64,000 nucleotides of DNA from Yuukianura sp. NJ FZ-2021 (taxonomy: Eukaryota): positions 7,936,001 through 8,000,000 of the forward strand of contig CM102285.1 in NCBI GenBank assembly GCA_046563655.1, in the 5' to 3' direction. A program made the position numbers and the translations under genes. A model generated the notes under the pieces. It saw only the letters and a list, made by a program, of their open reading frames with translations. It did no database searches and was not told where the DNA came from. Positions 1 through 11,190 of this stretch are shown here, piece by piece; the first letter of the stretch is position 1, and each line of letters starts with the position of its first letter.

Positions 1-385
1 CTTTCTTCAAAATTTCATAATTTCCTAAATAGTAAGGAATGAATTTTGGAGTTTGACCTTTCTTGGGTCTTTTTGGAAATTTTAGTTTAACTTTGTCACC
101 AATTCGAAATTCAACTTCTTTCCGTCTTTGATCTTCTCTTTGTTTGTACCTCGCTTGCTCTTTCTCCAAAGATTCTTTAACTAATTTTCTAACAAATAAA
201 ATATCCGAATTTGATCTGAAAGCTCCAGGTTGAGAAATTTCGTACGGAAAATTAGGCTCTCGATTGAAAACTACTCGATAAGGAGTCTGGTGAGTACTCT
301 CTTGTTTAGAAGTATTATAGGCAAACTGTAATTGATCTAAATTTTCATCCCAATTATCATGCATTGTACTAACATAGTGTGAAAC
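1..385 (-). pseudogene. Gypsy integrase C-terminal fragment, same family as element A
   Basis: Minus strand reads VSHYVSTMHDNWDENLDQLQFAYNTSKQESTHQTPYRVVF, a Gypsy integrase C-terminal core. 345-385 matches 2675-2715 with two synonymous differences. Confidence 0.8.
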
Positions 386-573
386 TGTCAGGTGCGGTAG
401 CACCTGTGGTAAGCCCTATCAGTTATCAAGGCTATAAAGCCTAGTGCACACCGTGCACAAGAAGTTAGACAAGGGTTAGACAAGAGTTAGACAAGAGAGA
501 GCAAGCACAATAAACACAAGTTAAGACCAAGCATTAGACCGAGCAACTGTTCTTAACAATGGTGCCGAAAGCC
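386..573 (+). mobile_element. Short LTR (386-558) plus PBS of an incomplete LTR element
   Basis: TGTCA...TAACA ends, TATAAA and AATAAA inside, and three GTTAGACAAG repeats. It is followed by TGGTGCCGAAA (560-570), a tRNA-Phe-type PBS. No partner LTR was found. Confidence 0.65.
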
Positions 574-1092
574 AAGTGAACCGACCTTATTGATAGCTCC
601 CCCCCTGCAGCTTCCGAACTGGAAGTTGTAGGGAGGATTTGTTCAATTCTTATTAAAACACACTAAAAATGGACTTTCCAGAATACTACCGAAATCCACA
701 ATACACACCTGGATACATCAGGATCCCAAGCTCGATTAGGTACGGACAAATCAAAATTACTCAAAATGGAAATCCGGAGCCAAGAAATATCATGACGAAT
801 CAGACTCATCCTGTCATGCAAACGGAATATCAAACGCAAAATTATTTTCGACAACCGCAGTAAGTTCATCATGGACAATACTCTCACCATAATCAACCCA
901 GGAAACGAAATTTCACCTTCAATAAGTTTCGAGGTACCAACCGGAATTTCTCTAAACCCTATCATGAACGGCAGAGGTCAAGGGGCACTCAAATTGAATT
1001 ATTCCGGGAACCACATGATGTTCAATGCAGTCACAGCAAAATAATGCAAAGTCAACCAAAACCGTTACCACCTTTCAGCTATTTTCTGCAGA

Positions 1093-2115
1093 ATGCCCCT
1101 AATACTAAGCAAGCTGTGCTGGACCTTCTCAATTTTAATAAAAAAACCTTCTACGGAACCAGAAATTTTGGACTCAGACGAAGACTCTGATGATGACGAT
1201 GATTGCTACTATTATGTGGTAACACCCCCTGCAAAAACACCATCAATACCACTAGAAACTGACAAAAACGACACCGTCACAATCTCAACACCAGCATCTC
1301 TTAAAATTGATTTGACGAACGAGGAAGCAGACAGACACGAGAACACCACAAACGAGACGATAATTACATTATCCGAAGACTTCAATACCATCACGACCGC
1401 AAACTGCAAAGTGGATGATGAAAATTATGTTGATAAAGCAACTTTTATTGACCACACCAGAAGTCTCGTATCAAATACGGAAACCCACCAACCTTACGAA
1501 ATGATACAGCAATTAACCACGTCGGAACCAGTTCATCTAGTACCACAACAATGGCTACATACACATGTGCAACCAGACAACTGTTGTAACGAGACGAACA
1601 CGACAATAATCTCTTTAATTGATTCAGATTGGAAATGGAAACACCTTCATCTTAACCTCTCCGTGCCCGAACTCAATATTTCATCCGTGATTCAACACCC
1701 CGCTATTCGACTACCAATAGAACAAACATCGTTCATCTCCCCATTGGCTCATTGGTCAGCATTCGGTGTTATCATGCAAGTCCTATTCTTTCTTAGGGCC
1801 ACATGGATTACCTACATCGTTCTCAAAACTGAGTTACGTAACTTCATCATGATGGGAACTATACCGAGTGTACGCGCCTTTGACGTACCAAACTTTGTTG
1901 TCAATCTGATGGACGACTTTCTTCTACTGCTGATCCTAATCACTCTCATCCTCATTCTGATATGCAATTGCAAACCCACACGGAACGCTCATTTGGACCT
2001 ACCACTGCGCTTCTCGAGGACTCAACGTACTGACGTACCTACAGAACCTACACCACGCCCACCAAGACCTGTTCCACCTCGAGCAGAATCCAGAGAAACC
2101 AGCATCTTCTACTAA
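1093..2115 (+). CDS. Unknown ORF (340 aa, acidic/Thr-rich, hydrophobic segments near C-terminus) downstream of the 386-558 LTR
   Basis: Long open frame with no recognisable domain. It may be the frameshifted continuation of 669-863. Confidence 0.35.
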   Translation: MPLILSKLCWTFSILIKKPSTEPEILDSDEDSDDDDDCYYYVVTPPAKTPSIPLETDKNDTVTISTPASLKIDLTNEEADRHENTTNETIITLSEDFNTITTANCKVDDENYVDKATFIDHTRSLVSNTETHQPYEMIQQLTTSEPVHLVPQQWLHTHVQPDNCCNETNTTIISLIDSDWKWKHLHLNLSVPELNISSVIQHPAIRLPIEQTSFISPLAHWSAFGVIMQVLFFLRATWITYIVLKTELRNFIMMGTIPSVRAFDVPNFVVNLMDDFLLLLILITLILILICNCKPTRNAHLDLPLRFSRTQRTDVPTEPTPRPPRPVPPRAESRETSIFY

Positions 2116-3020
2116 TCCCGACTTTCTCAGCATGATGACAAGTTGGCATAATCCAGACTCCACACTTCAGATGCACTTCACTCTTTCGTTTCTAAAGACA
2201 AAAACAACACCATTAGTAGTTGTACACCACTTCAATAGTCTACTTACATGATGTCATCACAGCAGACCTGTCTAAATTCCAAAACGAATTAGATTTATAT
2301 TCACCTATAACTAACACACAACGATTTTAATGGTAGAATCACCTTTTAAAATAATCAACAGATATCCCCTCACAGTTTCGCACAGACACAGGAACCACCT
2401 TGATATGCCTCCTTCCTTGTATAATCCACAGCAAACTTCAAGCACTGCCTGACTCAATTCCCTAAAATACACATCACCTTTTTAGAATATAATAGTATGA
2501 TTTATGATAATATAATAGTGATAACTAAACAATTATTTCACTTATCTGATACGACATTCACCATCTTCACGGTACCACCTACATCACACCAATAGAATAG
2601 AGCTTGCCACGGCACTGGACACGAATAGAAAATTTGAAGATGGAGAGCAAGAAGACGGCTCTACCGTCTCCTAGTCATCCCAATTATCATGCATGGTACT
2701 CACATAGTGTGAAACCATTCTATTAGCAGTGGAATGTAAGCGTTCAGAAAGACCATTTCCTCTAGAATTGTAAGGCGTGACAAAAATATGTTTTATGTTA
2801 TACATTTGACAATAGGTTTTTAAAATATTACTAATATATGGACCACCATTGTCACTTAGTAAAAATTTTATTGAACCCATTCTACAAAAAATCCGTTCAT
2901 GAAAAAACTGTGCTACTGTTTCGGCTGTTTGATCTGGAATCGCTTTAATTTCACACCATTTTGAAAAATGATCAATTGCATTAATAATGAAAACGTTTCC
3001 AGATTCACTTTTCGGAAAAG

Positions 3021-4335
3021 TTTTTTTTTTTTTTTTTTTTATTTATATGTTACTCTCCCTGCGGGCCCGAAGCCCATGGAGAGGGAGTTCGATTCGTTTG
3101 AAATGTAGCTAATAACAAATGTTTAACGTGTGGGGCTGTACAAACTGATAACAAATTTGGGAGAATGATTGATTACAGGAGTTAAGTCGAAAGTATTTAA
3201 ATTTAATAGAACTTATTTCCGTCTTCTTCGTTCTTTGAATTTTTCTTTCATTTCGTCAAGTTTCGCTTGTAGAAGGGATTTGTTGAGATGATCCAATGAT
3301 TCATGATTAACTTCTCCATAATGTTCAGCAACTGCTTTTTTGAAGGCGTCTCGGCCCTGAATTGCTGCTACTTTGAAGGAATGTAATTTGTTGAGTTCTG
3401 TATGACCTCCATTGTGTGCATGATGGTCGGGCTGCTTGTGAGTTGAGTTTGTGACTGGAATTTGCTGATGTTTGGTGGTGAGGGTGTTATGTTTCGTGGG
3501 AGCAGAGTTTGGAAGATGAGAATCTGCATGGGAAGCGAAAAACGTCTTCGATGACTTTCTTGCTTCTTGTGGAGATGTGGAGTTTTGCTGAATGGCGTCT
3601 TGTTGTAGAATTTCGGATGCTGGAGACTTTGAAGGAGCGACTGGGTTGGGGTCAAGGTTTTCATTGAGGATTTGTGGCTGGATAACCTGCTGCGGTTTGT
3701 CCACGAGAGAGGTGAGCTCTCCCTCTCCCGTTGGGTGAAACAATACCTCTTTCTCCACGTGCTTGGCTTCTGAGTGTTCATTCTGGGACTTACTTTTCGT
3801 TCTCTGATGAGGTGGTAAGTCATCGCTGATTCCGATTGCTGATCCCTTAAGCAAATGACATCGACTGAATAACTTTGCTTTTTCTGCATTTGACATTAGT
3901 GACACGGAAATTGTTCTCTTTTTCCCGAAGACACGGACGGAGTGAATTTGAATTTGGAGTTTTAAGTGTCCAAAAATCCATTCCGAAATGGTTGAAACAG
4001 AAACTCGCTCAATTTGTAATCCGTGGATGATCACAGTGGGATTGTCACAGGGTTTTTGTAATGTCACAATTTCCGAGAGCCGTTGCGCAAATTTGTCTTT
4101 TAACCGGTTCAGGTGCAATAGCTCCGAATTTGAAAACTGGTTGCTTTGGAGTAAGGACGTTAGTGAATTAAAGCAAAAATTCGCAATTTCCATTGTGCGA
4201 GACTGGACTGTATAAGTTAGGGATCGAATGGGAAAACAAGAGTCTAAATTCTAGTAAGGGTATAACTTCTAGTGACAAAAGGAAGAGAGCTTAGTGACAC
4301 ACGTCTTAACAGTTTCACGTCTCGAATCGAACTCC
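3021..4335 (-). mobile_element. PolyA-tailed non-LTR retroposon (~1.3 kb) with a single ORF, inserted in element A integrase
   Basis: T20 tract at 3021-3040 (polyA on minus). Target duplication TTTCGGAAAAGTT at 3010-3022 and 4336-4348. GC-rich stem-loop just before the tail. Confidence 0.9.
3213..4193 (-). CDS. LINE ORF1-like protein (CR1/L2-type RRM+CTD-like), 326 aa
   Basis: Motifs VIIHGL, IHSVRVFG and LLKGSAIGISDDL resemble non-LTR ORF1 proteins. The frame is intact and no RT ORF accompanies it. Confidence 0.65.
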   Translation of the reverse strand: MEIANFCFNSLTSLLQSNQFSNSELLHLNRLKDKFAQRLSEIVTLQKPCDNPTVIIHGLQIERVSVSTISEWIFGHLKLQIQIHSVRVFGKKRTISVSLMSNAEKAKLFSRCHLLKGSAIGISDDLPPHQRTKSKSQNEHSEAKHVEKEVLFHPTGEGELTSLVDKPQQVIQPQILNENLDPNPVAPSKSPASEILQQDAIQQNSTSPQEARKSSKTFFASHADSHLPNSAPTKHNTLTTKHQQIPVTNSTHKQPDHHAHNGGHTELNKLHSFKVAAIQGRDAFKKAVAEHYGEVNHESLDHLNKSLLQAKLDEMKEKFKERRRRK

Positions 4336-6730
4336 TTTCGGAAAAGTTCCACAGGTGTCTGTGGAAACAATTTCAAAAATAGTTTCAGGAACTGGAATTG
4401 GTTTTAAAAAGCCGTATCGTTTTTCGTGAGAAAGTTTATTAATTAGGCATGATTGGCATGCGTGAACAAAATTGGACAAATCTCCAGCCATAGTAGCCAA
4501 AAATAGCGCAAAGAAAGTTTATCAAAAGATCGCGAAAACCCTAAATGACCTGAGATAGTTGACTCATGAACCAACTGCATTAGTTCACGCCTGAGGATTT
4601 TAGGAACAACCGCTCTCAGATAACCAAACTTAGTATTATAGAGAATTTTATTTTTAATAATAAATTTGGAATTTACATTTCCTTGAGCCAATTTTTCAAT
4701 TATTTTGATGCAATCGTCATCAATTAATTGCAATTCCGGTAATTGGTCTTCTGAAATATGGAAAACAGGAAACTCTAATTCTTTTTCATCAAATGGATCA
4801 GGAAGAGGTAAACGAGATAAACAATCTGCTAATTTGTTAAAACAGCCTTTTCGATAAACAATTTTATAATCATATTGCTGTAGAATCAAAGCATATCTTG
4901 CTAAACGTGAAGAAGATTCATTTTTAGCAAAATTTAAACCTGAAATCGGCTCATGATCGGTATAAATAGTAAAAAATTTAGAGTCAATGTATGGATGAAA
5001 AACTTGTAAAGCGTGTAAAATAGCGAGATATTCCCGGTCCGTTGTGCTATATTTAACTTGTGTTTTGTTAAGAGTTCGGGAAGAGAAAGCAACGGGTCTC
5101 TCTTTTCCCTTTTCATCTGGTTGAAGTAAGGACGCTCCAATGCCAAACCCAGAACTATCAGTGACGATATTAATGGGTTTGTTTGGATCGTAATGTGCAA
5201 GAATAGGAGCATTAACTAAAGCATTTTTGAGAGAATTAAAAGATTTTTCCTGGGCATCTTCCCATATAAAGTTTTGATCTTTTCGGAGTAACATAGTCAA
5301 AGGCTTTGCCAAATCAGAGTATCTATAAATAAATCTTCGAAAGAAACAGACTGCCCCTAAAAATTGTTGAATTTCCTTAACATTTGTAGGTTTTTTAATT
5401 TCGGAAATGGCTCTAGTTTTTTCCGGATCTACTTCCACGCCATTTTTTGAAACTATAAAACCCAAAATTCGAATTTTGTCCTTCAAAAATTGACTTTTCT
5501 TCACACTAATTTTTAGTCCATACTTCCTAAATCTTTGAAACGCCAATTCTAAGTCCTCGACATGTTGTTCAATTGTGAGATTACTAAAAATTATATCGTC
5601 CAAATAGTTGATTAATCGAGTCCACAAATAATCCATTAATATAATCGCTAAACAGCGGGAATATGCCGCGGGAGCATTGTATAGTCCAAATGGTAATCTC
5701 ACAAATTCAAATAATCCTGACTGGCTTATTAATGCAGTAAGTGGAATGCTTTCTTCTGCCATGGAAATTGCCCAATAACCTTTCTCTCCAAAGTAGAAAT
5801 TTTATTTGCTCTGGATGCAATCCAGTCAAGAATAGATTGGATGTTAGGTAAGGGATATGCATCCTTCACCGTGACCTTGTTGACTGGTCGATAATCGATG
5901 CAAAATCTCGGTTCTGTTTTTACTCCATCTTTGTGACCTCTACGAACAATCACTACTCCACAACCCCATGGAGAGTGTGATGGACGTATAACACCTAATT
6001 CTAGTAAATCCTTTATTTTATTTCTTTCAAACTCTTCTAAATCAGGAGCTTTACGGTAAGGAGAGCGTTTCACCGGTGAGGAATTTTCTAACAACGTTAT
6101 TTTATGTTGATAACATGTGATATTACCAATTTCTCCTGGTTTGGCAAAAACATCTTGATACTTACGTCACAAGTTCTCTAAAAGTTCACGTTCATAAGAG
6201 GTAGCAGTGTTTGAAATTTGAGCAAAAAGGTTTTGAACATGAGTTTCATCATTCAAAACGTCTAATTTTTCGGTAACTTTACTGATTTCCTCAGTTAAAT
6301 TCATGACGTTTTCCTCAACTGGTAAATTTTCAAAACAAATAATATTTGCAATTTTTAATTCAGCAGGAATTAAAATCGCAGTTTTGGAAACATTAAGAAT
6401 TGGAAAATATAAGAATTCTGAGGAATAGTCACTCCTCAACAAAATAGGTGGCATATGAAGTCCCAACTGAACCATTTCATCGCTAATTTCAACGTAATTT
6501 AAATTACTAATTTGGCCAATTAACCTAACTTTAAGTAATTTACTTAACCTAGCTGGCATTACTATCTTTTTTACATTTTGTACAAATGGATCCATTTTTT
6601 TGTGTTTGATCTGCGGAACACGAGAGCTCTGGATATGACGCGTCACTTAACCTAGACTTAACTAAATGGCCATTACTATCATTTTCATTTGTTTTGATTT
6701 GATTATTTTCTTCTTGCGCAATTTGATTTA

Positions 6731-6876
6731 TTTTGAAAAAAAATTCTTGCTTTGGGCTGAAAAACCCCTTGGACTCACTGGTCCGCATCGCATTATTTCC
6801 TGCTTGATGTTTTGAAAAAAAATTCTAGTTTTGGGCTGAAAATCCCCTTGGACTCACTGGTCCGCATCGCATTATT
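6731..6876. repeat. ~79-bp tandem duplication in the PR-RT spacer of element A
   Basis: GGACTCACTGGTCCGCATCGCATTATT occurs at 6771 and 6850, and MRTSESKG is encoded twice. Confidence 0.8.
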
Positions 6877-7742
6877 CTCTTCTTGATTTGTATTGTGCTT
6901 TGAACTTTGTGTATTATTTACTTTCATTTTTTCAAAATTAATTAACTGACATACTAAAATTTTCTGATCAGAAAAGCGTCGCTTAATCTCATTCTTATTT
7001 AAATTATTTTCTAAAAAATCGTTGAGACGAATTGGTTCAATTGGAAGCTCATTCCCACGCCAAGTAATAAATTCTTTTGAAATGTGAAGTGAAATATCTT
7101 GAAACTTACAGAAGTCCAAACCTAATAATAAATCAAACATAAGAGTAGGAACCACATACGCATTAAAATAAATAGTCATATTACTAACTTTAATTTGTAA
7201 CCTACTCCAAGTTTTTACGGCAACTTTTGTTGATCCTATTCCAACCAGAGAAATTGAAAAACTTTCTGTTCCTCAACAAATTTAGGATGATCTAAAGAGA
7301 CTGAACTGCCAGTATCTAAAATTATCTGAGCCATTTTATTATTAACCAATCCATTTAATCTAATTAATCCACCGTTTGTGCCCAGAAGGAATGCATGTTC
7401 ATAATGCATTAATTCAGAGGAGGGGCCTGTGGGAGGACCGCCGGAGGCTGATAATACGTGGTTTGTCCATAAACCACTGGGTTGCTCTGCGAAGCGGACA
7501 CCTGGCCTACCACCACCTGATTGTTGAATCCCGGTCCAACTGGTTGAGCTGGGGCATACTGGTATTGGTTGTATCCCTGGTACGGAGTGTGGTACTGTGG
7601 CCGAGGTCCACGGTACCGCGGTTGCCATTGATTTGGAAAGTGTCGCGGTTGGCCATAACGCTGCCTGGGAGCAAAATTCTGCCGGGGCCGAGGGCCCCGG
7701 GGCATAGAGTTTTTTACTCTACATTCAAAAGTGGAATGAGTA

Positions 7743-7955
7743 TGTGGTGTATTTGGCAATTTAAATAAATGTACTTATTTATTTAATCAGACTTAATCCT
7801 AAACTAAGTGTGTGGTGAGCGGCACTCAAACATTGAGTGTCAAAACTATGTGATTTTTAGAGAGTGGTGGTGACTTAAAAGTAACCGCCACTCTGGACAC
7901 AAAACTTAACTTACGGGGAAGTTGAGACTGCGCTGAAAAGCGCAAATACATTACA
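7743..7955 (-). repeat. 3' LTR of the Mag-like element
   Basis: Direct repeat of 12575-12787, with the PPT adjacent at 7956-7970. Confidence 0.97.
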
Positions 7956-8235
7956 TTTCCTTCCCCTCTAGGAAAAGTCACTTTCCAAAACGTTTTAGGA
8001 ATGGAGAGAGAAGGAAAAGGACCTCAGCATCGTGGTACTTGGTGGGAGCCACTGCTTTGACGTGGAGGTGGACGAGGCCTCCAGCAGCACCAAGGTTTTG
8101 CAAAGACCATCCGCTGAGGGGGTCAAGAAGGCTAACGTAGAGGAAGGGAAGTGGCCTTTCTCTAAGAGGAGGATTACAATTAGAACTGGGTTCTTAATTT
8201 AATCTTGCAAGTATTTACACTAAACCGTTACAATT

Positions 8236-11172
8236 TTAGTTTTTCTTGCCTTTTGCGGCACGCGGAAGGACCGGACGACGTTGAGTCGGTGCAGGGGCTG
8301 GAGTTGCTTCCGGGGAGGTAATCGGACTTTGGTTAGGGGACGGCGTAGTGTAGTCGTCTTCATCCGGAGATTCGTATTCTGAAGATGGTTCGGAATCAGC
8401 ATTTGAGTACTCCGTAGCAAGATGCGGAGTCAGAATCGGAGCAAACGTGTATGGAGACGGGACTTTGGCTGGCGTTTTCGGAGTCAGACTAGACGGTGGA
8501 GTGGACTTAGGGGTTGGTGACGTCACTGGTTTTGCAGTTTCGGAGTTTAACGCCACTTCCTCCTCCTCCAAATTTTGAAACGAAAACGGAGACGTCCTTG
8601 CGTCAAGTAATTGGTCCTGGTGACGACGGTACCTACTATACTCAAACTGGACAACAACAGTTACAGGACCTTTGAATGCCACAATTTCACCTAATGACCA
8701 TTTTGGATAATCTTTTTTGAATGATTTAAACCAAACCCGTTGACCAATGTGAAATTCCCTGTGTCTCGCTCCTTTGTCGAAATTCGACTTCTGACGTTCC
8801 TGCTGAGACGAAACGGTCTGTTTGACGTCAGGACGGAGAAGATCGAAAAGTGAACGTAGACGACGACCTTGGAGTAACTCGCAGGGTGCGACTCCAGTTG
8901 TGACGTGTGGTGTAATCCTGTAGTGGAAAAGGAAATTTTGCACCAAATAATCCAAATCACCTTTGCTTTCGATCGACTTCTTGAAAGTATTGACGAAGTT
9001 CTCTGCTTCGCCATTGGACCGAGGATGGTAAACGGAGCTCGTCGTGTGTTTCACTCCGTTCGACTTCAAGAATTGTACAAATTCGGTTGAAGTGAACTGG
9101 CGTCCGTTGTCTGTGACCACCTGTCTTGGGATACCAAAACGGACAAAACACTCTCGAAATTTCGTAATTAGAGCCTGAGACGTGGAATTAGAGTTCAGAC
9201 AAAATACCTCTGGCCACTTACTATGTGCGTCCACGATCAGCAGCCACATTTTACCTTTGAATGGGCCTGCCAGATCTGCATGGAGACGATGCCAGGGTTT
9301 TTGGGGAAACTCCCAAGGATGAAGTTCGGCTGGTGGTGGATCCTTTGCTGACTCACGGCAGTGTGTACAGCGTTTCGTCACTTGCTCGATGTCAGAATCG
9401 AGTTTTGGCCACCAGAAAAATTCTCGGGCAAGAGATTTCATCTTCACGATTCCAGTGTGAGCAGAGTGTAACTCCTGGAGAAGATTCTCTCGTAGTTTTT
9501 CTGGGATGAGTACCCGAATACCCCATAGGACAACGTTACTGGCAATTGTCAACTCTTCCTTCCGTAGGAAGTATGGGTACACGGGGTCGGTCTTGTCTAC
9601 TTTGTCTGGCCAGCCGTCACGAATGTACCTAAAAACCTGCGATAAAATTTTATCCTTTTTAGCGTACCTCTGGATCTCAGTGGAAGTGATGGTGACGGAT
9701 TCGGTAGCAACTTTCACTGCGTTGACGAGACCTTCGTCGTCATCGTCAAAAGTCACGTCATGACCAGAAGTTGGGAAGCGTGAAAGGGCATCTGCATTCC
9801 CGTGTTCTGTCGTCTTCCTGTAGTGTACGTCGTATGAGAATTGTTGTAGAAACAGACTCCAGCGATGCACACGAATCGCAGCGAAGGACGGAAGTGCCTT
9901 ATTTTTGCCAAAAATGTGCACGAGAGGCTTGTGGTCGGTTACTAGGGTGAAGTGACGGCCTAAAAGATACTTATAAAGTTTCTTGCATCCAAATACAATT
10001 GACAAAGCCTCTTTTTCGATTTGAGAATATTTTTGCTCAGTTTTGGTAAGAATTTTAGACGCGTACGCAATTGGTTTTTCCTTACCATCTGCCATTCTGT
10101 GGAATAGGACAACCCCTAGACCAATACCTGAAGCGTCGCAGGATATCCCAAGGGGCAAATCCTGATTGTACAAAGTGAGAACTTCCGTGGATGACAGTTT
10201 CCGTTTGATTTGATTGAAAATCTTCGTGTGTTGATTGGTCCACTTCCAGTCTACGTCATCATGTGTCAATTTGTAAAGTGGAGCTGAAAATTCTGCGAAA
10301 TTGTCAACAAAACCACGGTAAAAGTTTACCAAACCCAGAAATGAACTCATTTCCTTTTTGTTGGTCGGCTGGGGCATCTCGAGAATCGACTCGACAAGTT
10401 TCGGAGATGCGCAAATTCCGTCTGAGGTCAACCTAAATCCAACAAAATCAACATTTTCCCGCATGAACTCACATTTTTCCCTCTTCAGAAAAAAGTTGCG
10501 GTCTCGCATCCGCGACAGGATGATGCGTAGGGTGTTGAGGTGGGTTGTCTCATCATGCCCCGTGCAGATGACGTCATCCATGTAAGCACCAGCTTTTGGA
10601 ATTCCAGTCAAGAGTCCATCCATGAACTCTTGGAAGATCGATGGAGATGACGAAATGCCTTGTGGAAGGACGTTGTACTGGTATAACCCCTTGTGAGTGT
10701 TGACTACCAAGTACTTTCTGCAACTTTCGTCTACTGGGATTTGGTGGAAGGCGTCAGGACCATCTAATTTGGTGAATTTCTGTCCACCAGAAAGTAAATT
10801 AAACAAATCCTCAGTACGAGCAATTGGATACTGGTTAATGTTCAGTTGGCAATTAACAGTGTTTTTAAAATCGCCTGTGATTCTGACTTTACCATTGGGC
10901 TTTAAAACGCAAACTAGAGGTGAGGCCCAGTCAGAATGTTCAACTTTTGTCAATACTCCTTGACTCACCATTAAATCCAATTGTTCATCCACCTTTGACT
11001 TGAGTGCGAACGGAATTGGACGAGCCTTGAGGAACCTCGGTTGAGCGTCCTCCTTGAGTACAATTTTTGCACGAAAGTCCGTGACTGACCCAGTTGGATT
11101 TTCAAAAACTGTAGAAAATTCAGTTAGTACACTTTCCAGGGTTAAATTTTTCATCATGTTACAATGAGACAA
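8236..11172 (-). CDS. pol: Mag-like RT-RNase H-integrase polyprotein
   Basis: Motifs YMDD, CDAS, LVTDHKPL, HHCC (LHSAHTG...CTHC), HADLAGP, TDNG, SNGEAE and the GPV C-terminal motif. Confidence 0.95.
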   Translation of the reverse strand: MSHCNMMKNLTLESVLTEFSTVFENPTGSVTDFRAKIVLKEDAQPRFLKARPIPFALKSKVDEQLDLMVSQGVLTKVEHSDWASPLVCVLKPNGKVRITGDFKNTVNCQLNINQYPIARTEDLFNLLSGGQKFTKLDGPDAFHQIPVDESCRKYLVVNTHKGLYQYNVLPQGISSSPSIFQEFMDGLLTGIPKAGAYMDDVICTGHDETTHLNTLRIILSRMRDRNFFLKREKCEFMRENVDFVGFRLTSDGICASPKLVESILEMPQPTNKKEMSSFLGLVNFYRGFVDNFAEFSAPLYKLTHDDVDWKWTNQHTKIFNQIKRKLSSTEVLTLYNQDLPLGISCDASGIGLGVVLFHRMADGKEKPIAYASKILTKTEQKYSQIEKEALSIVFGCKKLYKYLLGRHFTLVTDHKPLVHIFGKNKALPSFAAIRVHRWSLFLQQFSYDVHYRKTTEHGNADALSRFPTSGHDVTFDDDDEGLVNAVKVATESVTITSTEIQRYAKKDKILSQVFRYIRDGWPDKVDKTDPVYPYFLRKEELTIASNVVLWGIRVLIPEKLRENLLQELHSAHTGIVKMKSLAREFFWWPKLDSDIEQVTKRCTHCRESAKDPPPAELHPWEFPQKPWHRLHADLAGPFKGKMWLLIVDAHSKWPEVFCLNSNSTSQALITKFRECFVRFGIPRQVVTDNGRQFTSTEFVQFLKSNGVKHTTSSVYHPRSNGEAENFVNTFKKSIESKGDLDYLVQNFLFHYRITPHVTTGVAPCELLQGRRLRSLFDLLRPDVKQTVSSQQERQKSNFDKGARHREFHIGQRVWFKSFKKDYPKWSLGEIVAFKGPVTVVVQFEYSRYRRHQDQLLDARTSPFSFQNLEEEEVALNSETAKPVTSPTPKSTPPSSLTPKTPAKVPSPYTFAPILTPHLATEYSNADSEPSSEYESPDEDDYTTPSPNQSPITSPEATPAPAPTQRRPVLPRAAKGKKN

Positions 11173-11190
11173 ATTTTTGCCACTTTCAAC

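Larger units (their letters stand above)
2675..7400 (-). pseudogene. pol: Element A pol (protease, RT, RNase H, integrase), frameshifted and interrupted at 3021-4335
   Basis: ORF pieces 7236-7628 (ILDTGSS), 5729-6094 (RFCIDYR), 4443-5762 (LPFGL, YLDD, YTDH, GHLG), 4315-4500 (CQSC) and 2671-2880 (SDNG). Confidence 0.9.

Noticed and set aside
465..495. CRISPR-like repeat (GTTAGACAAG x3)
   Set aside because: It is an 11-bp tandem unit with no spacers, inside an LTR in eukaryotic DNA.
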